Assembly: GCA_023213395.1 (NCBI GenBank)
Contig: CM041465.1
Span: forward strand, 183,589,741 to 183,653,740
Reading direction: 5' to 3'
DNA: 64,000 nt
From: Cycas panzhihuaensis
Taxonomy: Eukaryota > Plantae > Cycadophyta
How positions within the stretch are numbered: position 1 is the first letter of the stretch; each line of letters opens with the position of its first letter. The position numbers and the translations under genes were made by a program. Below the pieces are notes generated by a model that saw only the letters and a program-made list of their open reading frames with translations, was not told the DNA's origin and did no database searches. Of the stretch, positions 25,872-37,915 are shown piece by piece.

Positions 25872-28800
25872 TTTTTTTTTTTGGTATGGTATAAATGAAG
25901 GGGTTTATAGGGTCCTAACCCTTTTACAAAGCTGCCTTGTCATAATCAAAACTACCATGATAAGTCCATGGCCTAGCTATCCCTCAACATCATAAACCCA
26001 TTTCTCACCCTTGCCATAACAAGCCCATTGGCTAGCTCTGGTCCTCCATATGAACTATGAATTTCAAATCCTCCTTTACCTAACTCAAAATTTCCATAGG
26101 GAAATCCTCTTTCCATACGTAATTTTTCTAGTGCAATACACCCCCATTAGCTAGTCTATTAACAACTCCATTTCCTTCTCTATACATGTGAGAAATCTTC
26201 ATATCTTTGATGCTCATAAGAACTTTTTGAGTATCTTTAATCATGGTTGCCAATTTCCATTTAGGTACAACCTCCTCCCTAAGTATATTTATTACATTTA
26301 AGGAGTCCCCCTCAATAATAACCCTCTCATGGCCTTCCTCAAGGGCCACCTCGACCACTCTCCTCATAGTTGACATCTTAGTCCTATGGTTTGTTTGGCT
26401 TCCATAATACTCAGTAAAAGCCCACATAATACCACCATCTAGATTTCTACATATGCCACCTCCCCTAACCTCCCTTGGGTTGCCTTTAGTAGCCCCGTTA
26501 AAGTTAATTTTCACCTAGTTTTCTGGGGGGGGGGGGTAGGGGCATATCCTCTTTCTATTTCTGGGTCTAATAATCATCCTTTCTACTCCCCAAATTTTTA
26601 AGAGTATTTCTTTTGAACCCATAATGAAGCTTGCTTCTTTTAGTTGCATGTTAACTAGTTCTAGGATAATACTAGTGCTAGATCTTGATAAATCGATTTC
26701 ATCCATCTTCTTCTCCTAAAACACCCTCGTGTTCATCCCCTTCTATAGGTTCCATACCAACTCATGCAAGGTAATTTGCCATATGTATGTTAGATTCTCA
26801 CTTCTAGAAGGGTTGTCCCAAGCCATGAATTACTCTTTAATGGTTTTCATTGTCACCCATTCCATCTCAAACTTGGCCCAAATAACCTTCCAAATATTTC
26901 TAGAGTAAGAGCAGTGAAGGAGGATATGATCCACTAACTTCTCATTCTCACAACATAAAACACACCTATTAGCTATCACAAAGGCCCTTCTTCGTATATT
27001 ATCCATAATTAGGATCTTGTTCTTTAGGCATAACCACCATAAAATTGCCACTTTGGGAGTCAGACCCATCCTCCAAACTTTATTCAGCAAAAGAGAACTG
27101 AGTGCTCCTTCCTATAGACATAGGAAAAGATACTTGTGCTTCATAGTATAGTACCCAAAAGGGGATAGAGGCTAGACCATATTATCATCCACTTCAAATT
27201 TGGGAATGTAGTATTACACAAGGGATTTTCTAAGCTCCTCCATCGCGTTCCTAAGGGTTAGGTTCCTCAAATAATCTCCATCTCCTTGTCCAACCCTATC
27301 CCTCCCAATAATATTTAACCTTAGAACCATAAATTTTAACACATTCTTCCCTCAAGGGCTTCAGATATCTCCTTTTGGATAATTATATTGGCCTGCACCA
27401 CATGTCTTCCTAGAAATTTATGGAAGCTCCATCACCCAACCTCCATTGCATGCCCATAACTAACCACTATGTGGAGTATTTTATACTTCTTTATATAGGA
27501 GATCCTGAAAGGGTCCCAAGATGCTCCGATAAAAAATTCTGACTATGGAGATATTTTTGGGATAAGATCCTTTTCCAAAGTGCTTCTTTTCCCATGGCCA
27601 GACGCCATCGAAGTTTTTCCACCAGGGCCTTGTTAAATGTTGCCACTCTCCTGAGGTTCAAACCCCCTACCTATTTAGGCTGAAAAACTTTCTCCCAAGT
27701 AACCAAATAAACCCTTTTCTTTCTCCTTTATCCCTAACCAAAGAAATCTCTTCTAAATTGATTATAATATTGTAATAACTTTGGTTAGGATCCTAGAGAT
27801 TGATATCATGTATACTAAAACAATGTGAAATACATCAGATAACAACTGTATCTTACCAAACTAACTTAGTAGGGAGCCTTTCCATCCCACCAATTTCCTC
27901 TGGATCTGATTTATGATAGGGGACCAAGCCTCCTTGTTCATTTTTCCTATAAACAGGGGCATTCCCAAGTAAATTAAAGGAAGCTTCCTGATTGACATCT
28001 TAAGAATCTTGCTGATCTTTTTTTGTGCCTTCTCCTTTATGTTCACAAAGTATACACTATTTTTTTATTATTAACCATCTAGTTGGTGGCTCTCTCAAAA
28101 CATTCGAGTCACCTTTTAATCACTTGAGCCTCTTCTAGGGATGTCATGCCTAGAAGAATGTTGTTATTAATGAATTGATGGTGGACTATATTGCTAATCC
28201 TAGAGGTAGGCTTTATACCTTTTGTTACCCCCTATCTTTTGGCCTCCTTAGTTGCCCTCCCTGAAAGCTTAGCCAAATAATAAATAAATAGGGGGAAAGA
28301 GGATCTCCTTGACAAAGACCCCTTGATTTAGAAAAAAATCTTATCGAAGTATCATTTATCAATATCGAGTATTGGGGATTAGAAATACAAGAGGCCATCT
28401 GTTCTCTCCATTTTTCTCTAAATCCAAATGCCCTAACATAGTCTAGGAGGCACTCCCAAGATACCTTATCATAGGCTTTCGATAGATTGATTTTCACTAT
28501 CATCCCCAATTCTTTCCTCTGATAAGCTGAGTGCATGGTCTCATGGAATACAATAATCCCATCCAAAATCTGTCTCCCTTTCATAAACCTGTCTTAGTTA
28601 GGGGATATAATATTTGGTAATATCCATTTTAATCTATTTGCTAATACTTTTTTCAAGGCTTTATAAACAACATTGCAGAGGCTAATTGGATGATATTCCT
28701 ATATTCTCTTGACTCCTCATTTTTTAGGGATCAGAGCTAAAAAGGTAGCTTTTCATTCCCCCAATATTTCATTATTCTTATGAAATTCCCCCAGTGCTGC

Positions 28801-31800
28801 TATGAAATCCTCCTCGATAATATCCTAATAAATCTAGAAGAATCATAGGGGGAAGCCATCTAGGCTTGGCACTTTATCCCTCTTTATACTAAAAACTGCT
28901 CCCTTCACCTCTTTTATGGTGAAGGGGGCTATAAGATCCCTATTATGATCTTTAGTCACCAGCTTGGGTATCCTTTCTAAAAATTCCTTCCTAGCCTCTG
29001 GATTAATATATCTTGGTTCCCTTAGCAGCTCTTAGAAGTGTTCCTTCACAATCTCCTTGATCTTTACCTAATCACTAGTTTCTCTCGCATCCTTACTATA
29101 CAACTTATTCATTCAGTTACAGGCTCTATGTTTTAGAGTCATCAAGTGGAAAAACTTAGTGTTCCTATCTCCTTCTACCAACTAGAGTGCTCTTGATTTC
29201 TGCTTCTAGAGAATTTTCACCTTGGTTAGAGTCTCATCTAACCTCCTAGATATGTCTCTTTCTTTTAGATCTAGATCCTAGGTTCTACCCTCCTTATCTA
29301 TAAGCTTCTCAATTCCTTTCAAGTCCTCCACTAACTAATCCTTAGTGACAAAGATATTTCCATGTACATTTTCCATTCTTTAAATTTCCTTGTTATCTAC
29401 CTCATCTTTCTAGATAGCCTAAACATCGCGCTACCTTTAATCAGAACCCCCCACCAGTCTATTATCAGATTCCTAAGATCTAAATGTTTAACCTAGATCA
29501 ATTCAAAGCAGAAAGAAATGCCACTGTGATTTTTGATAAACTCGAAGTCAAGCATCAAAGGGGGGTGATCCAAAGCCATCTTTGGTAAGGCCTCCAATCT
29601 AAAATCATCATATCGAATAACCTAATCATGGTTTACCATGATCCTATCCAATCCCACTTGGATACGGTATTCCCCTAATCCCCTATTTGACCATGTGAAT
29701 TTAGCACCCCTTAGTTCAATGTCCACCAGACCTCCTTTTTAGATAAAATCCCATAGATCTATTATACTAGGCGTCCATCCCTTCTGCCCCCTCTTTTCTC
29801 ACCAAACCATGCCAATTTTTATGATATTCTAGTATCTTATCCTATAACTCCTTTCTCCCTTTCGTAGTGGTGGGGGCATAAACATTTGTAGCCAACCATC
29901 TATGATTTGTCCCCCTACTTATAAAATAGATGGACATGAAATAATTTTCCACCACCAAAATCTCTCCCTACTAGAATATAGGGTTCCATAGTGCTATCAA
30001 CCCTTTAGAACCATGGTAAGCCTCCTTTATCTTCATTTTATCTATTCTCCATATTTTGTTTTTTATGGTTGATTTATTATCTTGCTCTAGCTTAGTTTCC
30101 TAGAGTAGAATGATTTTTGGCTTTAATCTCACATGCATATCCTTAACTATCCTTTATTTTGAGGGGGAATTTAAACCCCTCACATTCCAAGAGACAACCC
30201 TCATCTCTTGCTTCTTAGCTTTGGGCCTTCCATCCCACTTTAATTTAAGGTGCATTGGCTTCTCTAATAAACTTAGGATGTCATCTCCCTTTCCCTAAAC
30301 ATCTTTAGGGTAAGTCTCCTTGCCCTCCTTTCAATGCTTAGGTGTAGGCCTCTTGGCCCCCAAATACTCTTTTGTTCCTCCTGGGGGTCTATCTCCTTCT
30401 CTCCCTCTATCGCTTCCTCTCACATCTGGGGTGCCTGATCCTTTGTAGGCTTATGCCCTAAAACTAAAGGTCCTACAAGGATTTCACCCCTTTTTGGCCA
30501 TCCTTTTCGCGCCTCCTTTTCTCCTTGGGAGGGTTCTTGGATAACTCTAGTTTCTTAGCTCTAATCACCTACCTCATCTAAGGTGTTCTTAACATCTAAG
30601 TTCAATCCTCTTGCCTCCTAGAGATTTGCTTTCCCTTCCATCTCTCCAGGGATTTTCCCGAGTAAATCTTTTAATTTCTTTGGCCCAGAGTCCTCTCCTA
30701 TATCTTTTTTTGGCTCACCTAGATAATTATGAGGTAAATGTCTAGATCTTTTATATTTTATGTATTATATATTTTTTAATTCATACACTAGGTTTTGGTC
30801 TTTATTCTAACCCTCCATCTCTATCTTGACTCAGTTTAGGAGTGATTTATCGATTCTTATCATGACATAAAACCTGGCATTAATCAGTCTACTATGATTC
30901 TTAGTAATAGAATCTATGGCCAGTAGGGGTCCTATGGCTTTCGTCACCCCTTTGATAACCTCAAAATCCCGCACTTGTAGGGGAAGCCCTAACATCTACT
31001 CCCATATAGATATCTGCTTTATAGCTAGTATTGTAGTGTCAAAATCTGGCTTCTATTTCTCTAAAAAAGGGCTTTTCTCCCTAGAATCCATAGAGCCCTA
31101 AAAAAGATACTGACCATATATTCTTGGGTTAAAATTTTGATTATAACACACTTGTGAGATAAAGCCATAACTTCCACTGGGTTCCTCAGTTTCCGTCTAT
31201 TAATTGTCCATTTTCTTATGATGTCAAGACTAGGTCTTGGGCTAGAGAATCTAGTGACCAAACTATTCTCCCCATATTTTTCATTTCTCTTTGTTAACTT
31301 CTTGGGGATAGATATTTTAATCAAGTAATCTTGCACTATAGGGTTTATTTATACAGGTTCCATTTCATCCTTCTTTAGTGCTTCCAAATATGATTTCCCA
31401 GTGAGGAGGTTTTGAGTTTGGTTGGAAGGGATCTTGTCCCCCATATTCTCTATCATATAAAGGTAAAACAAATCTAGCTACTATGCAATCAATCTACCTT
31501 CTTAGATATAAAGAAAAACTAATCTAAAAGAAAGCTAGGTTCCTCACCCGATAAGCTGGAAATATCTGGTCTTCTCCTCCCAAGCTAAACCACTCTCTAT
31601 TATCTCTCCTTCTGAGATCACATGAAAGGATTTTGGGTGCTCTACCACTAACTTGTTTGTTTGTACCCCTCCCTTGGATCAAAGACCATCCCTGGTTATT
31701 CCATTTATTGAACCCTGGCTATTCATCTATGCCTATCTGAAACTCTATAGAGAGCTTAGTCATCCCATAGATCTAACCTCCATTAGTGTCCCCATGTTGC

Positions 31801-31925
31801 TGTGGTTCGTCTGTCCCAAGTTTCACCAAATCTCAACTCCTTGGCTGTCGCTTGCTAGTTGTATCTCCCCTGCCATCTCTATCTATCTTAACCCTAACAT
31901 GAATACACTCGCTCTGTCTCATTTC
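25872..31925 (-). mobile_element. L1-clade LINE (LINE B), near full-length (~6.05 kb), decayed, with RNase H
   Basis: Poly(A) at ~25870-25882; 17-bp TSD tcttgtaaatatatctt at 25855-25871 and 31926-31942; ORF1 relic (31061-31336); RVVSWNVRGLNS endonuclease start (~30200); KAYDKVSW and GLCQGDPLSPYLF; zf-RVT; KINFNGATKGNP...EGDS. Confidence 0.93.
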
Positions 31926-32723
31926 TCTTGTAAATATATCTTGCTTCTAACATTTTATCAAAATTTGATTTCATCTTCTCTTTATCTTTTAGACTCATTT
32001 GATAAGGTCTTTATTTAATTAATTTTGCTCCTTTAATTAAATCAATATGGTACATCTCTATTCTTGATAGGATGCCCTTAAGGTCCTTATACGACTATGA
32101 GAAGACATCTTTATCTTCTTTAAATAATATCTGAGCTTAAAAAATCATATGTTCATCCTAATAATTGCCAATTATTATGTTTTATGGGCTATCTTTGTCC
32201 TTGATAATTAACTTTTTTATTTTTAGCTTCTTAACTTAGACTTATTTTTCTTAATTTAATTTATAGTTTAGTATATTTTTAATGCTCTGAACCTTATAAT
32301 TTAACTTGGACTTATTTTCTTCCTCTCATTCCTTATCCTCCTCTACCTCATATTTTTAATTTATTATTGTTATTGATAATATATTGCAATGATAATTCTA
32401 TACTTCTATACTAAGCTCTTTAATATGCCCTAGAATTTTACTAATGGTTATTTTTATGGATTTGTAAGAAAATATTTTTAGAAATATATTTTCTCACTCA
32501 TTCCATGAGGCTTCCCTAATGTGTTATTATCCATGTAATCAACTTCTCCTAATAAATAACTCCAATTTTACCTAAGTATACTTTGAGCTTTCCAAATAGT
32601 TTTACATTTCTTGAGATGGTTTTATAGGTAGATGCACACCAAGTATGTGTATATATCTCCTGGGTTTTAGGAATTAAAACATAATTAGAAAGTATGTAGT
32701 ACTTATGACTAATTCTAAATATA

Positions 32724-35700
32724 TGTTAGTGGCCTATATGCTACCATCAGGTTGGCCCTTGAAAGGTCATTATGAAATCAACTTCCTAACAAATATAATT
32801 TCAATCTTGATACTCCATCTAATACTCCATGTATTGATGTGGAATCAGGGGATAAAGGGAATAAAATAAGAATGCAGAATGAGTTAACCATCAACCTGTA
32901 AGAGTGGTGGTGTTGATGAACACTAGGATCTTTGGATCCCATGAATAAATAAGAGAGACTTGAGTGGGATGTGGCATACCACTCAAAGTCTATCATCGAC
33001 TAGCATTGACAAATGTCAGATAAGCTATCACCAAGATCTGACAAGGTGTGGTTAAGTGTGACTAAGATCTAATATAGTGTTGCCATGATATCTCTGCCAA
33101 TCTTAGGTTATCACCCCAATGTAAATAATCAATCTAAGGTGAATACAAACCCCAATATGGGTATTATTCTAATATTTCTCTCCCATAATGCCTATTTGGG
33201 GAGACTCAAAGTTTATCTCTAAAATTGATAAACTTTATCTTTCCAAGTACCTTTGTGAATATATTTGTCACCTGTTCTTTTATGCTACAATAAACTAATT
33301 TCAATTTGCCTTATTGTACCAATTCTTTGATGAAGTGATACTGCGTTTCAATGTGCTTTATCTTACCATAAAACACTAGATTCCTAGTTATCTAAATTAT
33401 GCTTTAATTATCACAAAGTAATTGAGTAAGAGCCACCTATTCCTCCTATAAATCTTAAAGTAACCTTCTAAGCCAAACTATTTCAAATGCTTCTACCACG
33501 ATTACTTTATATTTTACTTCTGTAGTATATAGAGATACTGTGGCCTATTTCTTTAAACTCCATGCAATTACAACTAAATCAAAACTCAATTTATAACCAG
33601 AGGTGGATTTTCTATCATCTACATAACTTGCCTAATATGAGTTTGTATAGCTAACTAATCTATAGTCCTCTAATAACATGTAATGTAATCTATATCTAAC
33701 TATACCCTTTAGATACTTGAGATTTCTTTTGGCTACTTGCAAATATTTTACCTTTAGCTTATGTATGAATCTAGAAACCACAATACCTGCATACATGATA
33801 TTTAGTCAAGTTGAAGTCAAGTAAATTAGACTCCCAATCAATTACTTATAGAGTGTAGGATCAATTGATTCTAATTCCTCAAACTTAGACAATTTCAACC
33901 CAACTTCTATTGGAGTTATAAATGGCTTATAACTACTCATGTTAAACTTGTATAATAGGTCTAATGTATATTTTCTTTGGGAGATAAATATTCCCCTTTC
34001 ATCTTGCTAAACTTCTATACCTAAGAAGTAATGTATTAGTCCCAAGTCTATCATCTTAAATTCCTTGCACATATCTTTCTTGAATCTTTGGGACAATTAA
34101 TCACTATTCCTAGTGTATACTAGGTCATCAACATATAAGCCTATAATAAGTATAGAGCTTCCTTCTAATTTGATATATAAATTGGGATTAGATTGACTTC
34201 CTTGGAATCCTTTATCCTTAAAATATTTGTCAATCCTAGAGTACCACGCTCTAGGTACTTGCTTAAGTCCATATAAGGCCTTTTTAAGTTTATAGATCTT
34301 GTTTTCTTCTCTTTTTACTTTAAACCTTTTGGGTTTTTGGACATATATTTCTTCATCCATATGCCTATTTAAGAAGGTACTTTTTACATCCATTTGATGT
34401 ATTATTTAACTTTGCTATGTAGTTAAGGCCATAATCAATTTGACTATTTCTAGCCTTACAACTAGTGTAAATGTCTCATTATAATATATGCCCTTAACTT
34501 GAGCATAGTTCTTAGCAATTAACCTTACCTTATACTTGTCAATAGACCCAACTGATTTATACTTGGTCTTATAGACCCATTTAGTTCCAATGGCATTTTT
34601 TGCTAGGTGGCAAATCCACTAACTCCTATGTATCATTTTTCACTAAGGTATTGTACTCTATCTTTATTGTTTTCTTCCATTCATCTTAAGTGTTTACCTC
34701 TTCAAAGTTATGAGGTTCATTAGACTCTATAACTTGAGTCATCAATGCAAAATTCACCCTTTAAGACCTTGTAGTTATTCTTTTAAAGTTTGTGTCCAAA
34801 ATATTTGAAGGGTTATGTGCCCTTTGTACTCACTTAAGAACCCTTTGATTTGAAGTAGAGGATCCTACTTCATTTTTATTAGGTACATTTGTACCCTTAG
34901 TATTTAATTCCACCTCAACCATGATATTTTTTTCTTTATATTTTTTAATCACTTCTTCCTAATAAAATTTATCTTCTTTAAAGATGACACCGTTGCTTAT
35001 AATCATCTTTTTACATTTTGGATTATAAAGTTTATAGGATCTTAAAGAATCACAATATCCTATAAAGACACATTTAATGCTTTTATCATCTAACTTTATT
35101 CTCCTTTGATATGAGACATGCACATAAGCTATACACTAAAAAATTCTTAAGTGTTTAATATTTGGCTTCTAACTTATCCAAGCTTCTTTTGGTATAACCC
35201 ATCTAACTACTTTAGTGGTACACTTGTTCATTACATAGACAACTATATGTATAACTTTTGTCCAATATTCACTTCCTAGATGCTTGTCTTTAAGTATACT
35301 CCTTCACATTTTAACAATTTTTCTATTCTTCCTTTCAACAACCCTATTTTTCTATAGGGTGTAAGGATTTGTGAGTTGTTTTTTTATGCCACAATACCTA
35401 TAATAAGCTTGGAATTCATTTGAAATGAACTCTCCTTCATTATCTAATCTTAGGGTTAAAATTCTAAGTCCACTTTATCTTTCCACTAAAGTTTTAAATT
35501 CCATGAAACATTGTAGAGCATCTAACTTGAATTTGATAAAGTAGACACATGTCATCCTTATGAAGTTATTAAAAAATATCATAAAAAACATAACACCTTT
35601 AAGTGAGAGTACATCTATTAGACCACATAAATCTATGTATATCAATTGAAGGGGCCTATTGGCCCTATAACTTTCATTAGAAAATCCTTCCCTTTGTTGT

Positions 35701-37214
35701 TTTCCAAATATACATCCTTCATATAGGTCCTTACTATGTTCAATAGTAGGTAGTCCAATTACCATATCCATTCTCTTCATTAAGTCCAAACTATTGTAAT
35801 TTATATAGTCAAATCTTTTATACTATATTTCATTATTCACATTTATTGATGTCTTTAAGGCATAATAGATAGTTGGGGGGTTATGACTAGTTTAAATAAC
35901 CTATCACTAATTAGTTGTCCTTTGGCCATAATTACTTTGTTCTTTGGTTTATCTTTAATAGTGCATTTTTTATTATTAAAGATTACTTTGTATTTTTGTT
36001 CCATCATCTAACCTATTGAAAGTAATTTCTTCTTAAAAGCTAAAACATATAGCACATCATTTATACACCTTGTTTCTCCAAAATTAGTTTATATGAAGAC
36101 ATTCCTTTTTCTAATAGTTGCTTGAGTGGTATATCCCCAAATATAATCTTACTTTTCTTGGAGTTATCCAATTCCTTAAACTACTCTTCCTTATGAGTCA
36201 TATGTGTGGAATACCTTGAATCTATATCTCATATTCTTCCTTATTGTCCATTAAACTTGAAATAAATAATCTATTATTATATCTTTCCTCAACAACTATG
36301 TTAGCAGTTCCCCTTTGTGAATTTTATTTTTTTGTAAAGCAATTTTTTTCTAAGTGACAATTTCTATAGCAATAGGAATATTACATTGTTCCTTTATCTA
36401 TTAGACTTATACCTCTTTGTTTTTGGTTTATCTCCCTAGGGCTTTGATCTCTTCCTCTTCCTTGAGATATATAATTTTGGCCTTGACTTTGGCCTTGAAA
36501 ATACCTTTGATAGAATTGACTTGGGCCTTATCCTTGATAGTTACCTTGACCTTGTGCTTAATAGCCTTGACCTTGATGATATCCTTGTGTTTGATAGCCT
36601 TATCTTTGAAATTAATTTCTAGATTAACCTCTACCCCTAGAACTTTGTCCTTAGTAAGTAGGTCAAATTTTGCCTCCCTCCTTTATTTTTTTCTATATCT
36701 AATAGCATGACACTTAACTGATCTATCTTAAGGAAGCTAAGGTCCTTAGAGATCTCAATGCTAGTAGTCACCATCTCAAATCATTTGGTATTACTTACAC
36801 ACCTTAAGATATTCTCAACTACTCTTTGTTCACTGATTACCTCTTCTAAGGCCCTCATTTGGTTGACTAGGCCTTGGATCTTTATAATGGAGTCATTAAA
36901 TTCTTCATTAGTGTTCATCCTTAAGTTCTCAAATTTGCTTCTTAAAGTTTGGAGGTTTGATTATATTATTCCTTCATATGTAGTCTTGAGTACGTCCTAT
37001 GTTCCATTTAATGTTACTACTTTGTTGAACCTTGGGAATATATAATCCTCTAGTGCATAAAAGATGAATGAAAGTGCTTCATTGTCTCTCTTTTCGTTCT
37101 CCTTAAAGCTTTTCTTTTCGTCCTCTGTGGCATTGTTTGTGAGTGCTCCATAACCTATTTCAATAAGCTCCCACATACTTTTGGAAATAAAAATTGGTTT
37201 TATATGTCTACTCC
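32724..37214 (-). mobile_element. Ty1/copia element, decayed, lacking 5' LTR and PBS
   Basis: gag (IFISKSMWELIEIGY), knuckle, integrase (CIFGKQ..PLQLIYIDLCG), RT (MDVKSTFLN...LYGLKQVPRAWY...LYVDDL), RNase H; PPT ttatgggagagaa at ~33176-33188; probable 3' LTR 32724-33174 (tgttag...ctaata). Confidence 0.85.
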
Positions 37215-37454
37215 TTATGTTCTACTATGGGTGGCTATGTGGCTTATGTGATTTCTTTTTCTTGGTGCACTCCACTTCTCTTGTATACATTCTTTATTTT
37301 TGGTTGTAGTAAAGTAATTTATTTCCTTTTGCCTCCTTAACCACTTCTTCTAAAGCCTACTTTGCTACTACAAAGTGAATAATCTTTACTTTCATATTTG
37401 GATAATCTATTTTTCACTGCTCCTATTTTGCTTACAAGCCACTTCTTATATTGA

Positions 37455-37915
37455 AAAGGTAATAGTTTAGTGTATGATTGCATTGCTAGCATTTAGCACA
37501 TAGATGATTATTATTGTCTCTAACCTTCTCATCGGACAATCATATCTCCACTTTCTAAATTCTAAATAGAATAAATCCTTACCCACTAGGGCTTTTTTTT
37601 TAGGCATTTTTGTAGTTGTTTTTGTATTATACATGTGTTATGAGTCATTTCCTCTCCCATAAGCTCTTCCTTGACTATTTTTTCCATTTAGAGTTATGCT
37701 AATAATCTTTATGTGTATTTGTGTTACATATGTGTCACTAATTTGATGACTCCTTTATATTCTTTGGATTATGGTAGCATTCCTTTGTTGTATGTGTATT
37801 TGTTTTACAAATGTAACAACATTTAAAGTCTTTTGTTGTCTTATTTTTTGGGTTTAAATAATATTCTTTCATGTTGTGTGTCTCTTCTTGATAAATGTGG
37901 CACCACTTAGGTTCA
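37455..37915 (-). pseudogene. Tandem CCHC zinc-knuckle array, probably the gag of element X
   Basis: WCHIYQEETHNMKEYYLNPK; CCYICKTNTHTTKECYHNPK; **HICNTNTHKDY*HNSK; LCAKC*QCNHTLNYY. Confidence 0.65.

Noticed and set aside
36417-37045. Hydrophobic plus-strand ORFs resembling membrane proteins
   Set aside because: They are the reverse complement of Copia gag, including the Q/G/Y repeat.
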